Assembly: GCA_965205485.1 (NCBI GenBank)
Contig: OZ242180.1
Location: forward strand, 2,112,001-2,176,000
Length of the DNA stretch: 64,000 nucleotides
Origin: Candidatus Latescibacterota bacterium
GTDB lineage: Bacteria > Latescibacterota > UBA2968 > GCA-2709665
Reading direction: 5' to 3'
Below, piece by piece: positions 1 through 9,199 of the stretch (position 1 is its first letter; each line of letters opens with the position of its first letter). Both the position numbers and the translations under genes were made by a program. The notes beneath the pieces were generated by a model. The model saw only the letters and a list, made by a program, of their open reading frames with translations. It searched no databases and was not told the origin of the DNA.

Positions 1-1
1 T

Positions 2-349
2 GCGCCGAACGGCCCCGCGGCGAATAGCGGAATCGTGCGGGGGGATCTGATCATCTCGTTCCAGGAGCAACAGATTCAAAGCGCCGAGCATCTACAGAGC
101 CTGGTCCTTTCCACAACTCCCGGAACCGAGGTCCGGATGAAGGTCAAACGTGGTGAACAACCGGACACTCCGCGTGTCGAGGTGGGCAAACTCTCTGTTG
201 AACCCGGTCAATTTCCAGCGGCCGGTTATGACGCGTTTTCAGTCCCGTCACAGCTTTCCATGCAGGATGGCAACCAGGTTCTGTATCGGGAGTTCCTTCG
301 TCTCCAGCGGGAGATTCAGTTGTTGAAGCAGCAATCGGCAAAGAAATGA
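2..349 (+). CDS. PDZ-domain protein, C-terminal part (5' truncated by window edge)
   Basis: Frame is open from base 2: APNGPAANSGIVRGDLIISFQEQQIQSAEHLQSLV..GTEVRMKVKRG, a typical PDZ carboxy half as in HtrA-like proteins; short coiled-coil tail. Confidence 0.7.
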   Translation, partial: APNGPAANSGIVRGDLIISFQEQQIQSAEHLQSLVLSTTPGTEVRMKVKRGEQPDTPRVEVGKLSVEPGQFPAAGYDAFSVPSQLSMQDGNQVLYREFLRLQREIQLLKQQSAKK

Positions 350-389
350 GCCGGATTCAGGGAGAGTAAGCGGTTAGATTCCGTACAAA

Positions 390-422
390 TAAAGCGGGCG
401 GCCATGCAGGCCGCCCGCTTTA
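390..422. terminator. Bidirectional intrinsic-terminator-like hairpin
   Basis: TAAAGCGGGCGGCC-atgca-GGCCGCCCGCTTTA, a perfect 14-bp stem between convergent genes. Confidence 0.75.
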
Positions 423-445
423 CTTGTTGGTGCCGCTTTTTCTGT

Positions 446-1273
446 CTACGAAATCACGTTTTCCTGTACAAAATTGAGCCGGAGTCTGCCAAGCGCCCTG
501 TCTTTGAGTTGCCGGACCCGCTCCCTGCTGATCTGCAGGCGCTTCCCGATACGTTCGAGTGGCTCCGGCTTATCCGAGTCAAGACCGAAATACAGACTCA
601 ATATCCTTGCTTCGCGCTGGGGCAATCGGTTCAGGCATTCCTTGAGCAGCTTCTTGATGCGGGCATCCTCAAACTGCTCGTCCGGGCGGGAATCCTGTGC
701 CGGAAGCGTATCGGCGTATACTCCCGAGGAACCGTCGTGCGTGGGACTGTCGAGAGAGACGGTGGTTCGGTTGGCCTCGAGGGCGCGTCGCAGCCTTCTT
801 AGAGGCATGCCGGTTTTCTCAACCAGTTCGCCCAGATCGGGAATCCGGCCCAGCGACTGCGAAAGGGCGTTCTTGGCCCTGTTGATTACGTCGAGATCGT
901 CGATTTGATTTACAGGGAACACAACCGGATGTACACACCGATTGAGCGCCGACAGAATGGCCTGCCGAATCCACCAGACCGCGTAGGTGATAAATTTGTG
1001 CCCACGCGCAAGATCGAATGTCCGTGTGGCTCGGATCAGGCCCAGATTGCCCTCTGCAATCAGGTCGGACAGTGGCAGCCCCCGTCCGCTGTATTCGCGG
1101 GCGATTCGGACAACGAATCGCAGGTTGGCGGTGATGAGACGATCGAGGGCTCTGCGGTTACCTCTCTGAGCGTCCGCGATCACGTCCGCTTCGTCTTCTT
1201 TGCTCAGCGGCGCGAATTTTCGGATGTCGCGCAGATAGATGTCCGCGTCGCCGTCCGAAATCCTGGCTTTCAT
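446..1273 (-). CDS. RNA polymerase sigma-70 factor, RpoD/SigA-like, lacking region 1.1
   Basis: Region 1.2 [16 protein letters not shown]; region 2 [34 protein letters not shown]; region 4 [21 protein letters not shown]. Confidence 0.93.
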   Translation of the reverse strand: MKARISDGDADIYLRDIRKFAPLSKEDEADVIADAQRGNRRALDRLITANLRFVVRIAREYSGRGLPLSDLIAEGNLGLIRATRTFDLARGHKFITYAVWWIRQAILSALNRCVHPVVFPVNQIDDLDVINRAKNALSQSLGRIPDLGELVEKTGMPLRRLRRALEANRTTVSLDSPTHDGSSGVYADTLPAQDSRPDEQFEDARIKKLLKECLNRLPQREARILSLYFGLDSDKPEPLERIGKRLQISRERVRQLKDRALGRLRLNFVQENVIS

Positions 1274-1566
1274 GTCCCCAGTTCTCCATATGCGATGGTG
1301 TGTGCCTCAGGTACACCCGTTCTCTCAACAGGAAGCCTGTCGATGGTATTCGACGCCGGGAGTCCGCAAATGGGTCGCCCTATACTGCAAAAAAAACAAC
1401 CGCGTCGAGCGGTTAATATAATGCCCATTCGCGCGGCGGTCAATGGAAAACCGTCGCATTTTGCGACAATTCGTCGTGATACGATGAAGTTCCCTTCGGA
1501 TTGCCCGTTTCCTTTCCGGCACCAGGAAATAGATTCAGTTTTCCGCGAACAACAGCCCCATCCTCA

Positions 1567-1776
1567 GAAGCCGTCTTTAAATTCCCAGCGGTCTTCGCGC
1601 GGCTGCAAAGGCGACGGTCAGCGTTGGTCAAACCCACCCATATCGAGAGGTCGAGGCTGCGCTCGCTCGCCTCTCTTGGGCGGGTTTTCCCGTCGGCGCT
1701 GCGCGCCCCTCGCGCCTCATAACCGCCACTTTTTCGCTCCCGCTCGGGAACTCACCGGTAATTTTAAAACGGCTTC
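1567..1776. mobile_element. MITE family A, long variant (210 bp)
   Basis: TIRs GAAGCCGTCTTTAAATT / AATTTTAAAACGGCTTC; 3-bp TSD TCA on both sides; homologous to copies at 3096, 6417 and 39398. Confidence 0.85.
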
Positions 1777-1911
1777 TCACAACCGAACGGGTGAAAGGAA
1801 CTTCCGGTTGATCAATTCGATGGATTCGCGGTAGTTCCGTCTGCTGCTCTTTGCTGTCTGTCTTTCGTCTTTGATTCAAGCTGATAGCTGTTTTTGCTGC
1901 TTTTCACCAAC

Positions 1912-3081
1912 CTAATGATGGAAGAGCCTGATCCCGGTATTTACCATGACCATGCCGTATTCATCCGCGGCCGCGGTCACGACGTCGTCCTGTACGGAAC
2001 CGCCGGTCTGGATGACGTATTCCACGCCGGTACGGGCGGCGCGGTCGATGTTGTCACGGAAGGGGATATACGCGTCGGAGCCCAGTGTTACACCCCCGAG
2101 ACGCTGCAGCCACTCCCTTCTGGGCGCATCGCCGAAGGGCGGCGGCGCCTTGCGGAACGAAACGCGCCATGCACGTTGTTCTTCGGGAGTCATGTCTCCT
2201 TTGAGATACAGTTCGATGGCGTTTATCTTTTCCGGCCGCCGCGCGCCTTTTCTGAAATCCAGATTCAGCACGGCAGGGTGCTGGCGCAGAAACCAGGCTT
2301 CGGCTTTGCCGGCGGCAATATCCGTACACGCAAGCCGATTCTGCTGCCCGGCCCCCACGCCGATGGCCTGGCCCTGCAATGCGAAACAGATGGAATTCGA
2401 CTGGGTGAACTTGAGCGTTATGGTGGCCACCAGCATATCCCGGGCTTTGTCCGGGGGGATTTCCTTTCGTCGGGTAACGACGTTCCCAAGCATCTCCGGG
2501 CTGGCATCCAGGTCATTGCATTGCTGTTCAAAGGTGAGTCCGAATACCTCACGAGATTCTGTTTCCATGGGCTTGTAATCGGGATCGACTTCAAGGACCG
2601 GGTAGGCGCCTCCTTTTTTCTTTCTCAGTATATCCAGCGCTTCCGGATGATAGCCCGGCGCAATGACCCCGTCGGATACTTCGCGGCGAAGGAGTCTGGC
2701 GGTGGCCACGTCAACCGGGTCGCTCAGGGCCGCCCAATCCCCGTACGAAGAAAGCCGGTCGGCGCCCCTGGCGCGGGCGTACGCGACGGCCAGGGGCGAA
2801 AGGTCCATGCCCTCGACGAAATATGCCATTTTCAGATCGTCGTTCAGAGGCACACCAACCGCGGCGCCTGCGGGACTGACGTGTTTGAACGAAGCCGCGG
2901 CGGGCGTGTCGAGCGTCTCCCTCAGTTCCTTCACAAGCTGCCAGGAATTGAACGCATCCAGCAGATTGATATACCCGGGCGCACCGTTGAGGACGCTGAA
3001 GGGAAGCGGACCGTGCCGGTTGAATATCCTTGCGGGTTTCTGGTGCGGGTTACATCCGTATTTCAGAGCGAGTTCAACCAT
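1912..3081 (-). CDS. purH: AICAR transformylase (short PurH, no N-terminal IMP cyclohydrolase domain)
   Basis: LKYGCNPHQ, NGAPGYINLLDA, ASFKHVSPAG, TQSNSI, SDAYIPFRDN, GIRLFHH. ATG 3081 has a GAGGA SD; the ORF-track extension to 3279 runs through a MITE. Confidence 0.9.
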   Translation of the reverse strand: MVELALKYGCNPHQKPARIFNRHGPLPFSVLNGAPGYINLLDAFNSWQLVKELRETLDTPAAASFKHVSPAGAAVGVPLNDDLKMAYFVEGMDLSPLAVAYARARGADRLSSYGDWAALSDPVDVATARLLRREVSDGVIAPGYHPEALDILRKKKGGAYPVLEVDPDYKPMETESREVFGLTFEQQCNDLDASPEMLGNVVTRRKEIPPDKARDMLVATITLKFTQSNSICFALQGQAIGVGAGQQNRLACTDIAAGKAEAWFLRQHPAVLNLDFRKGARRPEKINAIELYLKGDMTPEEQRAWRVSFRKAPPPFGDAPRREWLQRLGGVTLGSDAYIPFRDNIDRAARTGVEYVIQTGGSVQDDVVTAAADEYGMVMVNTGIRLFHH

Positions 3082-3095
3082 GATGAACGTCCTCG

Positions 3096-3257
3096 GAAGC
3101 TGTCTTAAAATTACCGGTGAGTTCCCGAGCGCGAGCGAAAAAGTGGCGGTCAAGGCGGGAAAATCCGCCCATATTTGTCTATACGGGTGGGTTTGACCAA
3201 CGCCGACCGCCGCTTTTGCAGCCGTGCGAAGACCGCTGGGAATTTTGAGACAGCTTC
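3096..3257. mobile_element. MITE family A (162 bp)
   Basis: TIRs GAAGCTGTCTTAAAATT / AATTTTGAGACAGCTTC; TSD TCG. Confidence 0.88.
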
Positions 3258-3320
3258 TCGAATGTCTCCTGAATTCCACGACACTTCGAGTCGGGGAACC
3301 TTAGAGCGTCGAGCCCGGTT

Positions 3321-4574
3321 CTAACCCAATACCCCGTCGGCAAACAGTGAACCCAGATCGGTTTCACCCTGCCATTCGCGCAGCGCGGGATTTTCGGTGC
3401 TTAGGACCATGTCGGTGGCGCCGGTTTCGGTCCTGGAGAAGCAGATGACCTGACTGCCCTCCGCCAGACTCACAATGACGGGCGAGTGCGTGGTCAAGAG
3501 GATCTGGACGTCTTCAACGGACGAGAGCGCCCTGAAAACCGCTTCGAGGGCCCGGGGATGGATTCCGTTTTCAGGCTCTTCAACGAGAAAGGCGCCTCCA
3601 GAGTCAGGCAGGTACGCAGGGAGAGTAAGCGCCATAAGGCGGAGGGTACCGTCTGAAATCTTCCATGAGGGCGCTTCCAGTCCGTTTCGATCCTGGAAAA
3701 CCAGATAACAGTGACGATCTTCAGGTCGTTCCACTGTGCGGATGGATTTCAGGTCGGGTAGAACAGATTGCATGGCTGTGACCCAGGCCGCGAATCGGTC
3801 GGGCGCGCCGGACTGCAGTGAGGAGAGGACCCAGGGCAGATTGGAGCCGTCGGGCTGAAACGCCGCGGGACGACCGGGCGGGCTGGGACGGCGCATGTGG
3901 GCGCTGTTCAGTACCAGGCGCTGGATTCCCTTGTTGAGTACGCCTTTCAGCCAGGTCGCTACCGGATATCGGGTTTCGTCTTCGGGCAGATTGGCCAGAG
4001 CGGACCGCCTGGGACCCAGCATGAACGAGTGGTCCCATCCGGTGCCGGTTTCGTAGTAGAAGTTGTCATTGCTCCCGTGAACCTTGTGTACGATGGTCCT
4101 TGCGCCCCTGAGGCGGGGCAAGGCGAGCGTGTCCGGCATCGGGCGGTCCATGGGGAAGAGCGTCTGCTGTTCGGACTCGGGGTCTCTCCGGGAATCGTCC
4201 GGAAGAAGCAGAACACGTTCGGCGAGAATGGCGGTCTCACCGGTATCGGATGTCGTCCCGATGGTGACTTCGTACCGGCATCGAACGTATTGCCGGTTTT
4301 CGAAAAGGTCTGCCTTCTGCGACGGTATGCTCAGTTCGATGGCGACTTCGAAAGGATCGAACGTACGACGCCAGACCAGATCGCGCAGATCCGCAGCCCG
4401 TTTTCCGACGGCCTCCTCCAGACCGTCGGAAACGAGGTCGCCTAGAAAGGCGATGGCGTCCAGAAAGGTCGTTTTTCCGCTCGCATTGGGTCCAACCAGT
4501 ATGTGGAACGCATCCAGCGGTCGGCTGATGAAGCGCAGGCAGCCGTAGCGGAGGGCTTCGACTTTACGAATCAT
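3321..4574 (-). CDS. ABC-type AAA ATPase (AAA_21/OLD-like, defence-associated type)
   Basis: Walker A GPNASGKT, signature-like ISDGTLR, Walker B LVEEPENGIHP, H-loop TTHSP; no TM segments. Confidence 0.85.
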   Translation of the reverse strand: MIRKVEALRYGCLRFISRPLDAFHILVGPNASGKTTFLDAIAFLGDLVSDGLEEAVGKRAADLRDLVWRRTFDPFEVAIELSIPSQKADLFENRQYVRCRYEVTIGTTSDTGETAILAERVLLLPDDSRRDPESEQQTLFPMDRPMPDTLALPRLRGARTIVHKVHGSNDNFYYETGTGWDHSFMLGPRRSALANLPEDETRYPVATWLKGVLNKGIQRLVLNSAHMRRPSPPGRPAAFQPDGSNLPWVLSSLQSGAPDRFAAWVTAMQSVLPDLKSIRTVERPEDRHCYLVFQDRNGLEAPSWKISDGTLRLMALTLPAYLPDSGGAFLVEEPENGIHPRALEAVFRALSSVEDVQILLTTHSPVIVSLAEGSQVICFSRTETGATDMVLSTENPALREWQGETDLGSLFADGVLG

Positions 4575-4617
4575 GGCAATGTCGGGTAACCTTGTTGTCC
4601 TTCTTCCCAGGCGTTAG

Positions 4618-4763
4618 CAGTCCGTTGATAAAGTCGCTCTGCAGGCGAGGTCGAAGACAAGGCGCGCGACCGAGTCCCATCCTGCGATTCGGCGAGGGCG
4701 CGCAACGCAGTATATCGACCGCAATGGCCGGCCGTAGCCAGGATGGACTTTTTCAACGGGCTG
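4618..4763. mobile_element. MITE family B (146 bp)
   Basis: TIRs CAGTCCGTTGATAAAGTC / GACTTTTTCAACGGGCTG; TSD TTAG; homologous to copies at 23359, 38790 and 53562. Confidence 0.88.
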
Positions 4764-5486
4764 TTAGAGAGGCGTCTGCCAGACAGCTTTACCAACGAAG
4801 AACGGTCCGAGAGATTGCACGTATTGCGCGGTCTGCCGGGTCTTTCGCATTTCCTGCACGACGTGCGAGAGCGGGTGCAACTCGGGCCCCAGCAGTCCGA
4901 TGACGAAGTCGTTGTCGTTGCGGTCCAGGCCATAGCAGGCCAGGCGGATGTCCTGGGCAAAACCTGCCTCGGCGTAGGCCCGCCCGATTCTGGCATGTTC
5001 ACCCAGAATCCCGCGCAGATCCTCACCAGACAGCAGTCCGAACTCGGGCTTGCGGCGCAGCGGATACCATACGGCCCAGGGCCAGTCCGCGTTAAGGACC
5101 TTACTGCGTGGCTTTCGCAACAACGCTTCCAAGAGATCGGGTTCGTAACCGTGGGCGTAGGTTCTCCCGAACATGGTGAGGTGGGGATTGCGTTGAAGTT
5201 CAGCGAACGGACCGCCGTTCAGCAATGTGCGGATTTGCCCCGCGAACGCATCCGGAGATTCGGATAGCGTAAGAATGCCAACGCCGGATGGATTGTTCAG
5301 GTCCGCGTACAGGACGGCGTCGACCCCGGATTCGCGGAGTGCGTCCGCAAGCGTGTCCGTGCGCGGGCAGTTTTCATAGACGTGCAACTGCATGAAGAGC
5401 CGCCGGTTGCTGGCCTGTATCTGACCCCTAATGGGTTTGCCTCTTTCACGCAGGTCCAGCGTCTGTTCTTTTGAAGCGGGACGCAT
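4764..5486 (-). CDS. Chlorite dismutase / coproheme decarboxylase family heme protein
   Basis: WYPLRRKPEF, proximal His in EHARIG, GLDRNDNDFVI, VQEMRKT, GPFFVG. Confidence 0.8.
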   Translation of the reverse strand: MRPASKEQTLDLRERGKPIRGQIQASNRRLFMQLHVYENCPRTDTLADALRESGVDAVLYADLNNPSGVGILTLSESPDAFAGQIRTLLNGGPFAELQRNPHLTMFGRTYAHGYEPDLLEALLRKPRSKVLNADWPWAVWYPLRRKPEFGLLSGEDLRGILGEHARIGRAYAEAGFAQDIRLACYGLDRNDNDFVIGLLGPELHPLSHVVQEMRKTRQTAQYVQSLGPFFVGKAVWQTPL

Positions 5487-5603
5487 CGATGAATCCGTGT
5501 GATGTGAAGATGAGTCTGAGCACGGCGCATTTTCTTCAATATACCACGCACCGGTGCTGTTTCAAGCGAAAGATGTGAACGCATCGAAATTGACGGTACG
5601 GTT

Positions 5604-6383
5604 TCAGTTTTCCAGCCTTGCAAGAGACTCTGCAACCGTGGGTTCAAGACCGGCTTCGACGTCTCTTCGACGCAGGGAATGGAATTCTCCCAGGACGGCG
5701 TTGGCTCTGGCAAGTATGTCGATGCGTGCTGCGTACTGGTTCACCTTGTTGCCGGGCAGTGCCCATATCGCGACGTCGTCCGTGAGGGCATCCAGGTATG
5801 CCCGTGCGCCGCAGCAGCCCAGGCTGAGCGCGGCCCCACCTGTTCTGACGGCATGGGGAACCACTGCGCACGCCGGCCTGCCCATTGCGGGCGGAACGGC
5901 GGGTTCTACCTGCTGGACGGCTTCGGTTATGATCAGGCTCTGCGTGGAATGCGCGAAGAGCAGAACCACGGTCGGTTCGAGTGGCGTTTTACCCAGCGGG
6001 GCGTAAATTACATATCTGGTTTCGTTCTCCAGCACCGGGATCTCCATGACGTCCTGTTCACGAACGTACTCCATGCCGGCCATTGTCTTCAGGACGTCGC
6101 CCAGTTCGACCTGGTACGAAGCAGGAGGGTTGGCCATATGGTGTGTATGTACGCCGATGGCGCACAGTTCGTGGTGCATGGTCCGGGTGGTAAAGGGACC
6201 CTTCGCCGCTTCCTGCCAGAACAGGCAGCCGGCGGGCGCCCGGCCGTCGTATTCGGGCACACCCTCGGGAACCTCGTCCGATATGCAGACGGCAATGGGA
6301 GGCAGGGCAAGGTTGAGTGATTCCTGCAACGCGCCGGCAACGGCCGCATACGATTTCATGGGATCCCGCCTTTCTGTGTACAT
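5604..6383 (-). CDS. DUF169-like protein (start may be ATG 6359)
   Basis: LNLALPPIAV, GCLFWQEAAKG, HELCAIG, YAPLGKTPLEPTVVLL, PACAVVP, SLGCCGAR pattern. Confidence 0.65.
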   Translation of the reverse strand: MYTERRDPMKSYAAVAGALQESLNLALPPIAVCISDEVPEGVPEYDGRAPAGCLFWQEAAKGPFTTRTMHHELCAIGVHTHHMANPPASYQVELGDVLKTMAGMEYVREQDVMEIPVLENETRYVIYAPLGKTPLEPTVVLLFAHSTQSLIITEAVQQVEPAVPPAMGRPACAVVPHAVRTGGAALSLGCCGARAYLDALTDDVAIWALPGNKVNQYAARIDILARANAVLGEFHSLRRRDVEAGLEPTVAESLARLEN

Positions 6384-6416
6384 ATGGGAACAGCCGTGTC
6401 TGCTTCTTCGTGCTTA

Positions 6417-6578
6417 GAAGCTGTTTTAAAATTACCGGTGAGTTCCCGAGCGCGAGCGAAGAAGTGGCGGTCAAGGCGGGAAAATCCGCCCCTATTTGTC
6501 TATACGGGTGGATTTGACCAACGCCGACCGGCGCTTTTGCAGCCGCGCGAAGACCGCTGGGAATTTTAAGACAGCTTC
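6417..6578. mobile_element. MITE family A (162 bp)
   Basis: TIRs GAAGCTGTTTTAAAATT / AATTTTAAGACAGCTTC; TSD TTA, which is the lgt stop codon. Confidence 0.88.
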
Positions 6579-7397
6579 TTACGTCGAGGCTGTCGAGCGA
6601 TTTTTTCGTGAAGCGTTTACGAGCAGGGCGATGCCCAGGATGACAAGGGGGACGCTGAGCCATTGTCCCACGCTGAGCGGGAAGCCGTGGCCGTAAGCGG
6701 CCTGACGGACTTTGACGAATTCGACGGCCACCCGGAACGAGAAGACGGAAACGAGGAACATGCCGAGAAGCAATCCCGATGGCGTCCGGTTGCGCCTTAT
6801 TGACCAGACCGTAAAGAGGAGAAGGAAGATCAGTCCGTAGGCGATGGATTCATAGAGTTGCGCCGGATGCCTGGGGACGGCATCCACGTGTGAAAAGACG
6901 ATTGCCCAGGGCAGGTCGGTCGGGGTGCCGTAAATCTCGGAATTGAAGAAGTTTCCAATTCGGATGAAGAAACCGCCAAGAGCAACCGTAACGACGATGC
7001 GATCGAGGATCCAGAGGTAGGACTGATCCGTCCTGTTTCGGGCGTACAGATAGAGCGCGCCAAAAATGCCGATGGCTGCGCCGTGGCTCGCAAGGCCGCC
7101 TCGCCAGATCTTGAAGATCTCAATCGGGTTTGTCAGGTAGAATTCGGGATCGTAGAACAGACAATGCCCCAGGCGCGCGCCGATGAGGGTGCCGAGAACC
7201 ATATAATTCACCAGGCTGTCGAGGTCCTTCGCGGATTTTCCCTCGAACCGGAACATCCGGCGCATAATGAAGTAGCCGAGGACGAAGGTAACCAGAAAGC
7301 ACAGGCTGTACCAGCGCAGGACGACCGGACCGATACGGAAGATCTCGGGGTCGGCGCTCCAATGGATCTGAGCGATTCCGAACATGGAGGTTTGCAC
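6579..7397 (-). CDS. lgt: Prolipoprotein diacylglyceryl transferase
   Basis: LRWYSL, GARLGHCLFY, IWRGGLASHG, RIGNFFNSEIYG, RHPAQLYES. Confidence 0.95.
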   Translation of the reverse strand: MQTSMFGIAQIHWSADPEIFRIGPVVLRWYSLCFLVTFVLGYFIMRRMFRFEGKSAKDLDSLVNYMVLGTLIGARLGHCLFYDPEFYLTNPIEIFKIWRGGLASHGAAIGIFGALYLYARNRTDQSYLWILDRIVVTVALGGFFIRIGNFFNSEIYGTPTDLPWAIVFSHVDAVPRHPAQLYESIAYGLIFLLLFTVWSIRRNRTPSGLLLGMFLVSVFSFRVAVEFVKVRQAAYGHGFPLSVGQWLSVPLVILGIALLVNASRKNRSTAST

Positions 7398-7660
7398 TAA
7401 CGACTTTGCGGCGGGACGGGATCAATCCCGCCGGGATGGTAGGGATGGCACTTGAGAATTCGCGAGACCGACAGGTAAAGTGCGACCGGAAAGCGATGTT
7501 GTCGAAAGCAATCGCGGGCGTACCTGGCGCAGGTGGGATGAAACCGGCACCCGCTGCCGGGGCCGAATACGACCTGGAGAAACGGAGAGACAAGCACACG
7601 GTATATCCGCAGCAGGACTATTGCTGAACCGGCCAGAGTGCGGTCGATGAAAGAAAGCAT
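7397..7660 (-). CDS. yidD: Membrane protein insertion efficiency factor YidD
   Basis: YRVLVSP..CRFHPTCARYA..RILKCHPYHPGGIDPVP; ATG at 7660. Confidence 0.9.
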   Translation of the reverse strand: MLSFIDRTLAGSAIVLLRIYRVLVSPFLQVVFGPGSGCRFHPTCARYARDCFRQHRFPVALYLSVSRILKCHPYHPGGIDPVPPQSR

Positions 7661-7792
7661 GTTCCGCCGAACTTTCGAACGGGAGTCGGGATTCGCTCCA
7701 TTTGCAGATGAGAGAATTTCTTTTAGACAGCTTCCTAGTCCACAACGGCAGGAAAAGATAGCAAAATGAAGCAATCACCGAAAGGAGAATTC

Positions 7793-8149
7793 ATGGCGGA
7801 AGAGACAATCTTCAGCAAGATAATCCGGAAGGAGATCCCTTCGGAAATGACCTACCAGGACGAACTGGTCACAGCGTTTCGAGATATCAACCCTCAGGCG
7901 CCGACTCACATTCTGATCGTGCCCAACAGGGTGATTCCCACCGTCAGCGATGTAACGTGCGAGGACGAGGCCGCGCTCGGCCGGCTGTTTACCGTGGCGG
8001 CCCGGCTCGCGGAAGCCGAAGGGCTTTCCGAGGACGGGTACCGGTTGATCGTGAACTGCCGGGAACACGGCGGTCAGGAGGTCTACCACCTGCATATGCA
8101 TCTGCTCGGCGGACGGCCGCTTGGCCCCATGCTCGCCCGGCGGCGATAA
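7793..8149 (+). CDS. hinT: HIT-family purine nucleoside phosphoramidase
   Basis: [47 protein letters not shown]. Confidence 0.92.
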   Translation: MAEETIFSKIIRKEIPSEMTYQDELVTAFRDINPQAPTHILIVPNRVIPTVSDVTCEDEAALGRLFTVAARLAEAEGLSEDGYRLIVNCREHGGQEVYHLHMHLLGGRPLGPMLARRR

Positions 8150-8252
8150 GCGCCGACCGCGGCCCGGCGAGGGCGGGATCGCTGCGCGGCAAGGGTCTCG
8201 CATCCAGTAGGACAGTCCCCGCGGCGCGCTCCCGTTGCCCACCGGATCGCCA

Positions 8253-9092
8253 TTAATTCTGGTCGGGCCACTTGTAGGCCGCCTTCGCGTTCCTCCAGAA
8301 GACTTTCTCGACCGCTTCCTTTCCAATGGCGCCGAAGTACTCCCTGGGGATGCGTTGTACAGTCGCGTAGTCCGCGCCGTGTTCGCATACGGGCCAGTTG
8401 CTGGCATAGATGAGCCGATCCACGCCGAGTATTTCCCAGAGGTGGTCCAGGGTCGGGGCATAGTAGATCAATTCGGGAGGCGCGGGTTCCTGCACGGCGG
8501 TTTCAACCAGGCCGGAGACCTTGCAGTAGATGTTCGGATACCGCGAGACATTGTGCAGGCCGTCGATCCAATCGGGGTCCGGCGTCTTGCCGTCAACGGG
8601 TACATGGATGACATGGTTGAGCACGATGCGCAAGTCCGGCAGCCGGTCGGCAATGCGGACGGCGGAGTGAAGCTGCGCGACGTCGATCAGAAGGTCCAGC
8701 GACAGGTCGGCCTGAGCAAGCAACTCGAGCCTGGAAAACAGCGCGTCGCTGACGTTTTGAACTTCGTTCCTGTGGAGGCGGATGCCGCGGAAGAGGGGAT
8801 TTCCCGCCAGATCCATGAGGTGTTTCTCAAAGTCGTCCGATTCCGGGTCGAGATTACCAACGAAGCCGACGATGAAGGGTTCCGTTTCAGCCAGATCGAG
8901 GATCCAGCGGTTGTCTTCAACCCATTCACTGGCTTCCACGACCACGGTGCCGGTGACGCCCTCGGGAACGGCGACGGCCTTATAATCTTCAGGTAGCACA
9001 CGCCGGTACAGCAGGTTGTCGTCGTGCGGCGGCCAGGGTACCCCTTCGGGGCGGTATGGATCGTAGAAATGGGTATGGGTGTCGATGATCAT
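8253..9092 (-). CDS. Amidohydrolase_2 family (sugar lactonase-like)
   Basis: IIDTHTHFYD, FRGIR, IVLNH, YCKVSG, RLIYASNWP. Confidence 0.85.
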   Translation of the reverse strand: MIIDTHTHFYDPYRPEGVPWPPHDDNLLYRRVLPEDYKAVAVPEGVTGTVVVEASEWVEDNRWILDLAETEPFIVGFVGNLDPESDDFEKHLMDLAGNPLFRGIRLHRNEVQNVSDALFSRLELLAQADLSLDLLIDVAQLHSAVRIADRLPDLRIVLNHVIHVPVDGKTPDPDWIDGLHNVSRYPNIYCKVSGLVETAVQEPAPPELIYYAPTLDHLWEILGVDRLIYASNWPVCEHGADYATVQRIPREYFGAIGKEAVEKVFWRNAKAAYKWPDQN

Positions 9093-9127
9093 CGTCGCAC
9101 TCCTTGTGTTTTTCCAATGCTGAATCC

Positions 9128-9155
9128 TTGACAGAGAAGGTGGATTGCGTATTTT
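9128..9155 (+). promoter_or_regulatory. Putative sigma-70 promoter of the PTPS-family gene
   Basis: TTGACA, 16-nt spacer, TATTTT. Confidence 0.35.
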
Positions 9156-9199
9156 CTATGGCATTTGTCAGCGATGAGCCGAAAAGAGAGACGAGCATC

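Noticed and set aside
1894..3108. 404-aa plus-strand ORF and similar long antisense ORFs (44599, 58166, 60998, 62196)
   Set aside because: Mirror frames of well-supported minus-strand genes
3082..3320. ZMP/ZTP riboswitch upstream of purH
   Set aside because: The region is mostly MITE A, and the remainder lacks the conserved GACUGGCG / GCCUGGGC elements
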